A DNA stretch of 64,000 nt from an uncultured Chitinophagales bacterium. Its GTDB lineage: Bacteria > Bacteroidota > Bacteroidia > Chitinophagales > JADIYW01. Location: positions 88,899-152,898 of the forward strand of contig CAZZEH010000002.1 in assembly GCA_964653095.1 (NCBI GenBank). The letters run 5' to 3'. Below the pieces are notes generated by a model. The model was not told where the DNA came from. It made no database searches and saw only the letters and a list, made by a program, of their open reading frames with translations. Positions 20,190 to 28,947 of the stretch are shown here, piece after piece. Within the stretch, counting starts at the first letter, position 1. The number at the start of each line of letters is the position of its first letter. A program made the translations under genes and the position numbers.

Positions 20190-21086
20190 ATGCTTTATCA
20201 TACTGACAAAACGATGCTTTTTTTTAACGGCAGGTATAAAAATGTGAATGATTTTAAGATAAGCCCCTTTAATCAGACTTTACACTACGGATATGGAGTT
20301 TTTGACGGGATAAGAGCTTATCAGACCACACAGGGACCACACCTGTATAAAGTCAGAAGACATTTTGAGCGTTTGATTACCTCCGCAGAAAGATTGGGAA
20401 TAGTAATGCCCTATACGAGTCAGGAGCTGATCAATTTTGCTTATGAACTAATCGAGCGCAACAGAATGAAGGAAGCTTACGTCCGACCTTTGGTATTTAT
20501 GGATAAAAATATGTCACTGCGGGCTGATTCCGAACATCCCAACATTTTAATGACCTGTTGGAAATGGACTAAATACTATGAAAACAATGAGTTAAATGTG
20601 ATGGTATCCTCCCTTAGAAGGCCACATCCGCGAACTACATTCATTGATTCAAAAATAGTAGGACATTTTGCCAATGATATTTTGGCTACCAAAGAGGCAA
20701 AGGATAGAGGTTATGATGAAGCACTCATGCTTGATGTGGAGGGATATGTGGCTCAGGGGCCCGGCTGTACTTTCTTTTATGAAAAAGGAGGACGGTTATA
20801 TACGACCTCTTTAGAAAAAGTATTTCCCAGTATTACCCGCATGACTCTAATTGAAATAGCCAAGCAAATGGGCATTGAAGTAGTGGAACAGGAGTTTGGC
20901 GTAGAGGAAGTTATTCAGGCTGATGGAGCTTTTTTTGTGGGTACAGCCGCAGAAGTATCTGGGATAAAGCTTATAAACGGATATAAAATGAAGCTTCATT
21001 GGGAAGATACGATAGGCCATCTTTTGCATAACAGATACAAAAGGATTGTCTCGGGCAAAGACACTAATTTCTTGGAATATTTTTAA
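20190..21086 (+). CDS. ilvE: Branched-chain-amino-acid aminotransferase (PLP fold type IV)
   Basis: 298 aa. YGYGVFDGIRAY, the EAYVRP motif, and GTAAEV near the C-terminus. An alternative start is ATG 20214. Confidence 0.88.
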   Translation: MLYHTDKTMLFFNGRYKNVNDFKISPFNQTLHYGYGVFDGIRAYQTTQGPHLYKVRRHFERLITSAERLGIVMPYTSQELINFAYELIERNRMKEAYVRPLVFMDKNMSLRADSEHPNILMTCWKWTKYYENNELNVMVSSLRRPHPRTTFIDSKIVGHFANDILATKEAKDRGYDEALMLDVEGYVAQGPGCTFFYEKGGRLYTTSLEKVFPSITRMTLIEIAKQMGIEVVEQEFGVEEVIQADGAFFVGTAAEVSGIKLINGYKMKLHWEDTIGHLLHNRYKRIVSGKDTNFLEYF

Positions 21087-21089
21087 TCT

Positions 21090-22454
21090 TTATATTCTGA
21101 GTGACAGCTCTGTAGGAAAGTAATTATTTACTCTGTCAGAAGATTGTTTGACCCATCCCAGTCTATGCCCCTCCCATTTGACCACAGCCCATCCGTTAGA
21201 AATGGCTGGATTTCGGGCTATATCTGCCTTTCTCAGATACCTTAAAGCTTCATCTGTATCGGCTAAGTTGAAAACAGTTACATTCGGGGATGAAATTTCC
21301 GAATGTATAAGTCCATGCGCCGGAACCAACAAATCTTTTTTCAATTGGCCAATGTTTATCCCAAAATGTGTGATAGGAATGAATTGAGAAAGGATATTTA
21401 AAGTGTCTTTGTGTTCTTTTGCAAAAGCACGCAGAAAGTTGCCGGATTGATAAAAAATAATATTCTCGTTAGTCTGCACAAACTTTTTAATGGATTCCTG
21501 CACTCTTTTTAACTCTTTCCAATTCCATATTCTCGTTTTTATTGCAGTCGTTTTTTTCGGTTGATGGCGTACCTTTTTGAGTAAGGCTATAAAAAAGCCG
21601 CTGCCCTTCACAAGATGAGGCCAGCACCTTAAAGTTCCGGGAATAAATCCGTCGGTCACTCCCGGAAGGTTTTCTTTAGATATAGGAATAAGCTCATACA
21701 GTCCGGTTTCTAATAGCTTTTGAACCTGTTCTTCATTTTCAGAAACATTAAAAGTGCAAGTGCTGTAACAGAGGTAGCCTCCGACTTTAATGCAGGAATG
21801 TATATCCGTTAAAATTTCTTCTTGTCTGACAGTGCATTTTTGCACATTTTCTACACTCCATTCGTGAATAGCCTCCGGTTGCTTTCTGAATAAACCTTCT
21901 CCTGAACATGGTGCATCGACTAATACAAAGTCAAAAACTTCTTCAAAAAAGTAAAAATTCTTAATAGGAGACTGGGTGATAATGTTTTCTGTATATCCCC
22001 ACTTTTCTATATTCTCTTTAAGGATTCGGTTTCTTTTTGGAATAATTTCGTTGCTGACGACTAAGCTGCCTTCTGGCAGAATATCTGCTAAGTGTGTGGT
22101 TTTGCCTCCGGGGGCAGCGCAGGTATCCAAAGCTATGACCGGATTGTTTTTTACAACTTGTTTTATTACATGGCCGGACAGCATGGAAGAGCTTTCCTGT
22201 ACATAATACGCACCAGCATGCCAGGCAGGATCTAATGCAAATACTGGTCTGTCTTTCAGGTAAAATGCATTGGGTTCCCATGGGACAGGTGTTGTGTCTT
22301 CAAATGAAACAACTTTTTTTCTTGGATTAAGCCGGATAGAGGTAGTCTCTTCCTGACCCAATGCTTCGAAAAATCGACTGGTTTCTTCACTATTGAGGAT
22401 GTTTTGAATTTGCGACACAAAATCTTTTGGAAGTTCAGGGTAGGACTTTCTCAT
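21090..22454 (-). CDS. rRNA cytosine-C5 methyltransferase, NOL1/NOP2/Sun family (RsmB/RsmF-like)
   Basis: 454 aa. SAM-binding DTCAAPGGKT, catalytic DAPCSGEG and YSTCT motifs. Confidence 0.85.
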   Translation of the reverse strand: MRKSYPELPKDFVSQIQNILNSEETSRFFEALGQEETTSIRLNPRKKVVSFEDTTPVPWEPNAFYLKDRPVFALDPAWHAGAYYVQESSSMLSGHVIKQVVKNNPVIALDTCAAPGGKTTHLADILPEGSLVVSNEIIPKRNRILKENIEKWGYTENIITQSPIKNFYFFEEVFDFVLVDAPCSGEGLFRKQPEAIHEWSVENVQKCTVRQEEILTDIHSCIKVGGYLCYSTCTFNVSENEEQVQKLLETGLYELIPISKENLPGVTDGFIPGTLRCWPHLVKGSGFFIALLKKVRHQPKKTTAIKTRIWNWKELKRVQESIKKFVQTNENIIFYQSGNFLRAFAKEHKDTLNILSQFIPITHFGINIGQLKKDLLVPAHGLIHSEISSPNVTVFNLADTDEALRYLRKADIARNPAISNGWAVVKWEGHRLGWVKQSSDRVNNYFPTELSLRI

Positions 22455-22550
22455 AGGACAAATTTACCTGATAGATTTTAATCCGATACAAATAAATTTT
22501 TAAGGTTTCGCAAAAGATTAATTTCAAATCAATCTAAAAGACAAATTCCG

Positions 22551-22558
22551 TATCTTTG
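22551..22558 (+). promoter_or_regulatory. Candidate -7 promoter box (TAnnTTTG) for ilvD
   Basis: tatctttg lies 22 nt upstream of ATG 22580. It overlaps the TTG at 22556 used by the ORF track, which argues for the ATG start. Confidence 0.4.
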
Positions 22559-22579
22559 TGCTTTCAAATTATATATGAA

Positions 22580-24259
22580 ATGCCTAAACAATTAAATAAG
22601 TATAGTCGCCATATCACGCAGGATCCTACGCAGCCGGCAGCACAAGCCATGCTTCATGCAATAGGTTTGTCAAAAGAAGATTTAGAGAAGCCACAGGTAG
22701 GCATTGTCAGCTCAGGCTGGGACGGAAATCCCTGCAATATGCATTTAAATGTTTTTGCTGCACAGTTAAAAGCTCAGGTGCATAAACAGGGATTGATAGG
22801 GCTCAACTTTTATACGATAGGAGTGAGTGATGGTATCTCTATGGGAACGGAAGGTATGCGTTATTCATTGGTTTCCAGAGAGGTAATAGCTGACTCAATA
22901 GAAACAAACGCCGGCGCACAATGGTATGACAGCCTGATTGCATTAGTAGGCTGTGATAAAAATATGCCGGGTGCCGCGATTGGTCTGGCGAGGCTTGACA
23001 GACCTTCTATCATTATTTACGGCGGGACAATTGCTGCCGGATATTATAAAGGAGAAAGATTGGACGTAGTCTCTGCTTTTGAAGCTTTAGGGAAAAAAAC
23101 TGCCGGTCTTATTACAGAAGAATATTATCAGCATGTTATAGAAAATGCATGCCCGGGCGAGGGAGCATGCGGTGGAATGTACACGGCCAATACAATGGCA
23201 TCCGCATTGGAAGCATTGGGAATGAGTCTTCCATACACTTCGTCCAATCCGGCTAACAGTAACGAAAAAAAGGCAGAGATGGCTCAGGCAGCTGCAGCTA
23301 TAAAAGTGCTTTTGGAAAAAGATATTAAGCCCACGGACATTATGACCAAAAAGGCCTTTGAAAATGCAATTAGGCTGGTGATTGTATTAGGCGGTTCTAC
23401 CAATGCAGTCATGCATTTAGTGGCAATGGCCAAATCTGTAAATGTGGATATTACCATAAAAGATTTTATCCGATTGGGAGAAATTACTCCTATGCTGGCA
23501 GATTTTAGGCCAAGCGGAAAGTATGTCATGGAAGACCTGCAAGAACAGGGAGGTACTCCGGCGGTGTTGAAATATATGCTGGAGAATGGAATGCTGCATG
23601 GGGACTGTATAACTGTTACGGGTAAAACTATGGCAGAAAATCTTGCAGAACTACCCGGATTAAAAGAAGGACAGGAAATTATTCACACTTTGGACTATCC
23701 TATAAAAAAGGATAGCCACATCCGTATCCTGTACGGCAATCTTTCCAAAGAAGGAGCAGTAGCCAAAATTACCGGAATGGAAGGAGAGTTTTTTGAAGGA
23801 CCGGCACGAGTTTTTGATAGTGAGCAGGAAGTAATAGATGCCATGCTGTTAAAAACAATAAAAAGCGGAGACGTAATCATTATACGGTATGTAGGTCCAA
23901 AGGGAGGACCGGGAATGCCTGAAATGCTGAAACCAACCTCCACTCTTATGGGATTGGGATTAGGCAAAGAAGTGGCACTGATTACGGATGGCCGTTTTTC
24001 CGGAGGTTCTCATGGCTTTGTAGTGGGACATGTGACCCCGGAAGCTCAGGTGGGAGGCAATATTGCTTTGGTCAAAGAAGGAGATACAATTCGTATAGAT
24101 GCCATTAATAACACTATGGATATTTTGATTTCAGAAGAAGAACTCAATGCACGTCGAGCCAAATGGACAGCTCCGCCGCTCAAGGCCCGGAGAGGTATTC
24201 TGTATAAATACGCTAAAAATGTGTCCTCTGCTTCTGAGGGCTGTGTGACAGATGAATAG
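22580..24259 (+). CDS. ilvD: Dihydroxy-acid dehydratase
   Basis: [14 protein letters not shown]..., CDKNMPG, and [11 protein letters not shown]-type ([14 protein letters not shown]) motifs. Confidence 0.93.
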   Translation: MPKQLNKYSRHITQDPTQPAAQAMLHAIGLSKEDLEKPQVGIVSSGWDGNPCNMHLNVFAAQLKAQVHKQGLIGLNFYTIGVSDGISMGTEGMRYSLVSREVIADSIETNAGAQWYDSLIALVGCDKNMPGAAIGLARLDRPSIIIYGGTIAAGYYKGERLDVVSAFEALGKKTAGLITEEYYQHVIENACPGEGACGGMYTANTMASALEALGMSLPYTSSNPANSNEKKAEMAQAAAAIKVLLEKDIKPTDIMTKKAFENAIRLVIVLGGSTNAVMHLVAMAKSVNVDITIKDFIRLGEITPMLADFRPSGKYVMEDLQEQGGTPAVLKYMLENGMLHGDCITVTGKTMAENLAELPGLKEGQEIIHTLDYPIKKDSHIRILYGNLSKEGAVAKITGMEGEFFEGPARVFDSEQEVIDAMLLKTIKSGDVIIIRYVGPKGGPGMPEMLKPTSTLMGLGLGKEVALITDGRFSGGSHGFVVGHVTPEAQVGGNIALVKEGDTIRIDAINNTMDILISEEELNARRAKWTAPPLKARRGILYKYAKNVSSASEGCVTDE

Positions 24260-24468
24260 CGCAGCATCCCAACTTTTGAATCTATGTGCAAATGATCATC
24301 TCGATAGTTTGCTATATTGCCCAATATGTTAATGCATTGCCGAGGCCGGAACCATCTTATTGGTATAAAATACCGGATAATGACGGGCAAAATCTCTTTT
24401 ATTGAAGTATTGGCTTTTATAAATCTTTAAATTTTGTATTTATCAATATACAACTGCATTTCTTTATA

Positions 24469-24476
24469 TAACTTTG
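24469..24476 (+). promoter_or_regulatory. Candidate -7 promoter box (TAnnTTTG) for thrS
   Basis: taactttg lies 11 nt upstream of the thrS ATG at 24487. The leader would be very short and no -33 box is at the canonical spacing. Confidence 0.3.
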
Positions 24477-24486
24477 CGTATTCTTT

Positions 24487-26412
24487 ATGAACCAAATAAA
24501 AATAACATTTCCGGATGGCAGCCATCGTGAATATGAGAAAGGAACCACACCGTTAGAAATAGCTAAAAGTATCAGTAACTCACTGGCCAAGAAGATTATT
24601 GCAGCCAAGGTGAACGATAAAGTATGGGAGGTAAATCAACCCATAGAAGATAATGGAGCTTTACAGCTTTTTAAATGGGAGGATGCGGAAGGCAAGGCGG
24701 CTTTCTGGCATTCTTCGGCGCACTTAATGGCTCAGGCCATTTTAGAACTTTATCCTAAAGCTAAACTGACAATTGGACCGGCAATAGAAAGCGGGTTTTA
24801 TTATGATGTTGATTTCGGTGAGGAAACCTTTTCGGAGAACGATTTTGAACGTGTCGAAAAGAAGATGCTGATAAATGCAAAGAAAAGCGCCACTTTTAAT
24901 AAATATTCAGTTTCAAAAAAGGAAGCGTTAGAAGCTTATGCTGATAATGAGTTTAAAACGGAAATGATTCAAAATCTGGAAGATGGGGATATTACATTCT
25001 GTACACACGATAATTTTACAGACCTGTGCCGAGGTGGTCATATACCACATACCGGATTAATAAAAGCCGTGAAACTGACAAAAGTTTCCGGTGCATACTG
25101 GCGAGGAGATGAACACAAACCGCAGTTAACCAGAGTGTACGGAATATCTTTTCCAAAGCAGGAATTGCTGGATGAGTATGTCAGACAAATTGAAGAAGCC
25201 AAAAAGAGAGATCACCGTAAATTGGGGCGGGAGCTCGAATTGTTTACATTTTCAGACAAGGTTGGAATGGGACTTCCTTTATGGCTTCCTAATGGAACCT
25301 TGATACGCGATATTTTGGTTGATTTCCTCAAAAAAGAACAGATAAAGAGAGGGTATAAACCGGTAGTAACGCCTCATATTGGTAAAAAGGACTTATATGT
25401 AACATCCGGGCATTATGAAAAATACGGAAAAGATGCATTTCAGCCTATCAATACACCGGATGAAAATGAGCAGTTCTTTTTAAAACCGATGAACTGCCCT
25501 CACCATTGTGAAATCTTCAAGACCGTACCCAAGTCATACAGAGAATTACCGTACAGATTAGCAGAATTTGGAACGGTGTACAGATATGAACAGAGCGGTG
25601 AACTACACGGACTGACAAGGGTGAGAGGATTTACTCAGGATGATGCACATATTTTCTGTACAACTGACCAGCTGAAAGATGAGTTTAAAGAAGTTATTTC
25701 TCTTATCAAATACGTATTTGAACGATTGGGCTTTGAGGATTTTGTAGCTCAAATTTCTCTCAGAGACAAGAAAGATACAAGTAAATATATCGGAACAGAT
25801 GAGAATTGGGCGAAGGCTGAAAGTGCAATAATAGAAGCCACTCAGGAAATGGGATTAGATACCGTAACAGAATATGGAGAAGCGGCATTTTATGGACCTA
25901 AGCTTGATTTCATGGTGAAAGATGCGATAGGAAGGTCTTGGCAGTTAGGCACGGTTCAGGTAGATTATAATCTCCCCGAAAGGTTTAATTTGGAATACAT
26001 CGGTGCCGATAATGAAAAGCACAGGCCGGTTATGATTCACAGGGCTCCATTTGGCTCTTTGGAAAGGTTTATGGCAATTTTGATAGAAAACTGTGCAGGG
26101 AATTTCCCGCTTTGGCTGGCTCCAAAGCAAGTAATCATTCTGCCGATTAGCGATAAATTCACACACTTTGCTGAAGATACTCTCAATAAATTGTTATATT
26201 CAGAACTAAGAGCATCTATTGACTCACGTACTGAAAAAATAGGCAAAAAGATTCGGGATGCGGAAATGAGCAAGATTCCTTATATGCTGATTTTGGGAGA
26301 AAAGGAACTGGCAAATGACGTTGTATCGGTGCGTCGCCACGGAACAGGTGATATAGGGCAAATGTCAATAGAAGAGTTTCTAAAAATTCTTACAGAAGAA
26401 AACTATCATTAA
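24487..26412 (+). CDS. thrS: Threonine--tRNA ligase
   Basis: 641 aa. TGS domain, editing-domain HSSAH, class II motifs (FRGEQSG-type [24 protein letters not shown]), and anticodon-binding domain. Confidence 0.95.
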   Translation: MNQIKITFPDGSHREYEKGTTPLEIAKSISNSLAKKIIAAKVNDKVWEVNQPIEDNGALQLFKWEDAEGKAAFWHSSAHLMAQAILELYPKAKLTIGPAIESGFYYDVDFGEETFSENDFERVEKKMLINAKKSATFNKYSVSKKEALEAYADNEFKTEMIQNLEDGDITFCTHDNFTDLCRGGHIPHTGLIKAVKLTKVSGAYWRGDEHKPQLTRVYGISFPKQELLDEYVRQIEEAKKRDHRKLGRELELFTFSDKVGMGLPLWLPNGTLIRDILVDFLKKEQIKRGYKPVVTPHIGKKDLYVTSGHYEKYGKDAFQPINTPDENEQFFLKPMNCPHHCEIFKTVPKSYRELPYRLAEFGTVYRYEQSGELHGLTRVRGFTQDDAHIFCTTDQLKDEFKEVISLIKYVFERLGFEDFVAQISLRDKKDTSKYIGTDENWAKAESAIIEATQEMGLDTVTEYGEAAFYGPKLDFMVKDAIGRSWQLGTVQVDYNLPERFNLEYIGADNEKHRPVMIHRAPFGSLERFMAILIENCAGNFPLWLAPKQVIILPISDKFTHFAEDTLNKLLYSELRASIDSRTEKIGKKIRDAEMSKIPYMLILGEKELANDVVSVRRHGTGDIGQMSIEEFLKILTEENYH

Positions 26413-26444
26413 TTTTATATTTTTACACTAAACAAAAAAACAAT

Positions 26445-26993
26445 TTGGCACGAAAACAAAGAGGCTCATACAGAGCAAAAAAAACTAAAGAACACAACCT
26501 AAATCAGGAAATTAAGGCTTATGAAATCAGACTGGTCGGTGATGGCACAGAGCCGGTAATTATGCGTACGTCCGATGCCATTCGAATGGCCGAAGAGCAA
26601 GGACTTGATTTGGTGGAGATTTCTCCTAAAGCAAATCCACCTGTTTGTAAAATTCTGGACTATAAGAAATTCCTTTACGAAAAGAAGAAAAAGGAAAAGG
26701 AAATAAAGGCAAAAGCTCATAAAACAGAAGTAAAAGAGATACGATTTTCTCCCAATACAGATGAACATGATTTAGAGTTTAAAAAGAAGCATGCAATTAA
26801 ATTTTTGCAGGAAGGCTCAAAAGTGAAGATTTATGTACACTTTAGAGGGCGTGCGATAATGTTTAAAGAAAGAGGAGAACTTCTCTTACTGCAATTTGCA
26901 CAAAGCTTGGAAGAATACGGAGCTTTGGAACAAATGCCTAATCTGGAAGGTAAAAGAATGATTGCTTTTATAACACCGCATAAAAAGAAGTAA
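26445..26993 (+). CDS. infC: Translation initiation factor IF-3
   Basis: 182 aa. NQEIKAYEIRLVG...GLDLVEISP..NPPVCKI.DY.KF.YE. The first start codon in the open frame is TTG, with no in-frame ATG upstream. Confidence 0.92.
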   Translation: MARKQRGSYRAKKTKEHNLNQEIKAYEIRLVGDGTEPVIMRTSDAIRMAEEQGLDLVEISPKANPPVCKILDYKKFLYEKKKKEKEIKAKAHKTEVKEIRFSPNTDEHDLEFKKKHAIKFLQEGSKVKIYVHFRGRAIMFKERGELLLLQFAQSLEEYGALEQMPNLEGKRMIAFITPHKKK

Positions 26994-27045
26994 GCCGGAT
27001 TTAAAAATAATTTAAAGCACGATAAAACAAAAGTGTTCATTTTTA

Positions 27046-27075
27046 TTGGATGATAATTTAAAAATTGTATCTTTG
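27046..27075 (+). promoter_or_regulatory. Candidate Bacteroidota promoter (-33 TTG, 19 nt, -7 TAtcTTTG) for rpmI-rplT
   Basis: TTG at 27046-27048, a 19-nt spacer, then tatctttg at 27068-27075. This lies 24 nt upstream of the rpmI ATG. Confidence 0.5.
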
Positions 27076-27098
27076 CAATCTCAAAATAATAGGTAGAA

Positions 27099-27296
27099 AT
27101 GCCCAAGCAAAAAACAAATTCGAGCGCAAAGAAAAGATTTAAACTTACAGCAACAGGTAAAGTAAAAAGAGCAAAAGCCTATAAAAGCCATATCCTGACT
27201 AAAAAAAGTAAAAAAAGAAAAAGGAGATTGCGTCAACCGGCTATAGTAGCTCAGGTAGAAATGAATAATGTGAGGAAATTGCTCGTATTAAGTTAA
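27099..27296 (+). CDS. rpmI: 50S ribosomal protein L35
   Basis: 65 aa, highly basic. [20 protein letters not shown]. Confidence 0.93.
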   Translation: MPKQKTNSSAKKRFKLTATGKVKRAKAYKSHILTKKSKKRKRRLRQPAIVAQVEMNNVRKLLVLS

Positions 27297-27320
27297 TCAA
27301 AAGAAAAAAGTAATAAAGTT

Positions 27321-27665
27321 ATGGCAAGAGCAGTAAATGCTGTCGCGGCTAAAGCAAGAAAGAAAAAAGTTCTGAAACAGGCCAAAGGCTTTTTCGGACG
27401 CCGTAAAAATGTATGGACAGTAGCTAAAAATGCGGTGGACAAAAGTATGCAGTATGCTTATGTAGGCCGCAAGCTTAAAAAGAGAAATTACAGAAGCATG
27501 TGGATAGTACGTATCAATGCAGCTGTAAGAGAATATGGAATGAGTTATTCTGTATTTATGGGAAAATTGCGTGAAGCAGGAATAGATTTAAATCGTAAAA
27601 CTCTTGCAGATTTGGCACTAAATAATCCCGAAGCTTTTAAAGCTATCGTAGAAAAGGTTAAGTAA
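27321..27665 (+). CDS. rplT: 50S ribosomal protein L20
   Basis: 114 aa. MARAVN...R.K..L..AKGF.G.R...VAK....K...YAY.GR...KR..R.LWI.RINAA.R. Confidence 0.95.
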   Translation: MARAVNAVAAKARKKKVLKQAKGFFGRRKNVWTVAKNAVDKSMQYAYVGRKLKKRNYRSMWIVRINAAVREYGMSYSVFMGKLREAGIDLNRKTLADLALNNPEAFKAIVEKVK

Positions 27666-27688
27666 AGTACTTTTCATATCAAATGAGT

Positions 27689-27720
27689 CAGGTCATCGTA
27701 AAGGTGACCTGTTTTGTTTT
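27689..27720 (+). terminator. Intrinsic terminator of the thrS-infC-rpmI-rplT cluster
   Basis: caggtca(tc)/(gg)tgacctg stem with a 5-nt loop, followed by TTTTGTTTT. Lies 24 nt after the rplT stop. Confidence 0.75.
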
Positions 27721-27897
27721 GACAGGGTAGGGCGGCCATAAATGCGCAACTTAAAAGTCTTATCCTTTTTCCAAATAAATTTATTCAATCCAGGCAGCTT
27801 TATTTTATGTCGTGAAATAAACCAAACAAACGTTTGATTTATTTTCTTTTTTATCATTCTAAATTTTATATTTGGTTAATTAAAAATAAAAACGAAT

Positions 27898-28218
27898 ATG
27901 ACAGCAAAAGAAATTGTTTTGGGATTGCCTCAAAGATTTAAAGGAGACGAGTCAAGTGAAAACGGTCTTTTTCATTTCCAGCTGGAAGGTGAAGGCGGTG
28001 GCGATTTTACTGTAAGCGTACAGGATGGAGTATGTACTGTGGAAGAAGGATTGGACGGAGAAGCGGATTGTATCATTACTTCTACTGCGGCTGATTTTGA
28101 AGATGCCGAACTTGGCAGGGTAAACAGGCAAATGGCTGTGATGATGGGTAAAATCAAAATCAGCAACTTAGGAGCTATGTTGAAGTTCCTTTCTTTGTTC
28201 GAAGATTTGAGCGAGTAA
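27898..28218 (+). CDS. SCP2 sterol-binding domain-containing protein
   Basis: 106 aa. The DFEDAELGRVNRQMAVMMGKIKISN pattern (SCP2 C-terminal helix/loop). Confidence 0.7.
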   Translation: MTAKEIVLGLPQRFKGDESSENGLFHFQLEGEGGGDFTVSVQDGVCTVEEGLDGEADCIITSTAADFEDAELGRVNRQMAVMMGKIKISNLGAMLKFLSLFEDLSE

Positions 28219-28234
28219 TCTTCTGAGTTTAAAT

Positions 28235-28522
28235 TTATTTGGGCAGCTCTGTATTGGAGCTGCTTTTTTCTTCCTGGGCTCTAAGTCTTTCAAAAGCTTT
28301 TTTCATACTCTTGTGCATATCGGTGAAGTGCGAAATGCATTCTTCAATTAACTCATCGTCCACCAACTTCGACAAGTCTTCCAAATTTGTAATGATGTCG
28401 CTTTGACGAATCTTATAGGTTTGTTCTACCTGACCCATTTCTAATTTAACGGAATAACGCATATTTAGTGCGAATACTGTAATTTTCACATACGGGTGCG
28501 GAATGGTACCAACTACTCTCAT
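28235..28522 (-). CDS. Conserved hypothetical small protein (95 aa)
   Basis: ORF lying 1 nt downstream of the preceding membrane-protein gene on the same strand. No recognisable motif. Confidence 0.55.
   Translation of the reverse strand: MRVVGTIPHPYVKITVFALNMRYSVKLEMGQVEQTYKIRQSDIITNLEDLSKLVDDELIEECISHFTDMHKSMKKAFERLRAQEEKSSSNTELPK
28243..28269 (+). terminator. Intrinsic terminator after the SCP2 gene (overlaps the 3' end of the convergent ORF)
   Basis: 7-bp stem gcagctc/gagctgc, 7-nt loop, then TTTTTT. Confidence 0.6.
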
Positions 28523-28523
28523 A

Positions 28524-28946
28524 CTATTTTAAATCTAACTTCAAACTTTTAATTTTCTTGAAACGGGCATTCCTGCCTGAAAATCCCTCGGCTATTAATG
28601 TTCCGCTCAAGGCAAATAATCCGCCTAAAATACTAAATAATCCGGTGCCAATCCAAAGTAGAGTAGAACCGTCTAAACTAATATCTGCGGAACTCCCCAA
28701 AATATGACCGATTTTGTCCGAAAAAATGAAATTATCTGTACTGGCCAAGAAAAAACAATAAGAAAAGTAATAGATGCCTATACCTATAAATCCTGCCCAA
28801 AAAGAAGTGAAATTAAGCTTGGTGAAAACGGCTATTCCCGACAAAAAGCAGACTGCCGTAAATATCCACCATGGAAAGATTTTACTTAAAAAAAATGTTC
28901 CCAATAAAATGAGTAGAACTTGTATGATAAAAAAGGTTGTTTTCAT
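28524..28946 (-). CDS. Hypothetical integral membrane protein (about 4 TM helices)
   Basis: 140 aa. Four hydrophobic stretches and a basic C-terminal tail. Lies 1 nt downstream of the acylase gene. Confidence 0.6.
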   Translation of the reverse strand: MKTTFFIIQVLLILLGTFFLSKIFPWWIFTAVCFLSGIAVFTKLNFTSFWAGFIGIGIYYFSYCFFLASTDNFIFSDKIGHILGSSADISLDGSTLLWIGTGLFSILGGLFALSGTLIAEGFSGRNARFKKIKSLKLDLK

Positions 28947-28947
28947 A

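Noticed and set aside
20190-24259. ilvE and ilvD separated by an opposite-strand rRNA methyltransferase, as a possible rearrangement or insertion
   Set aside because: All three genes are intact and tightly packed (3-nt gap between ilvE and the methyltransferase), with no repeat or mobile-element scars. This is ordinary gene-order variation.
24260-24486. Possible structured leader or attenuator between ilvD and thrS
   Set aside because: Only weak, imperfect hairpins are present (for example ggtat/atacc at about 24360-24375). There is no T-box or operator-like features, and T-boxes are not expected in this phylum.
27816-27846. AT-rich hairpin (aaataaa-c-caaac ... gtttg-a-tttattt) upstream of the SCP2 gene
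   Set aside because: The stem is almost entirely A/T and would be marginally stable. Such inverted repeats arise easily by chance in AT-rich spacers.
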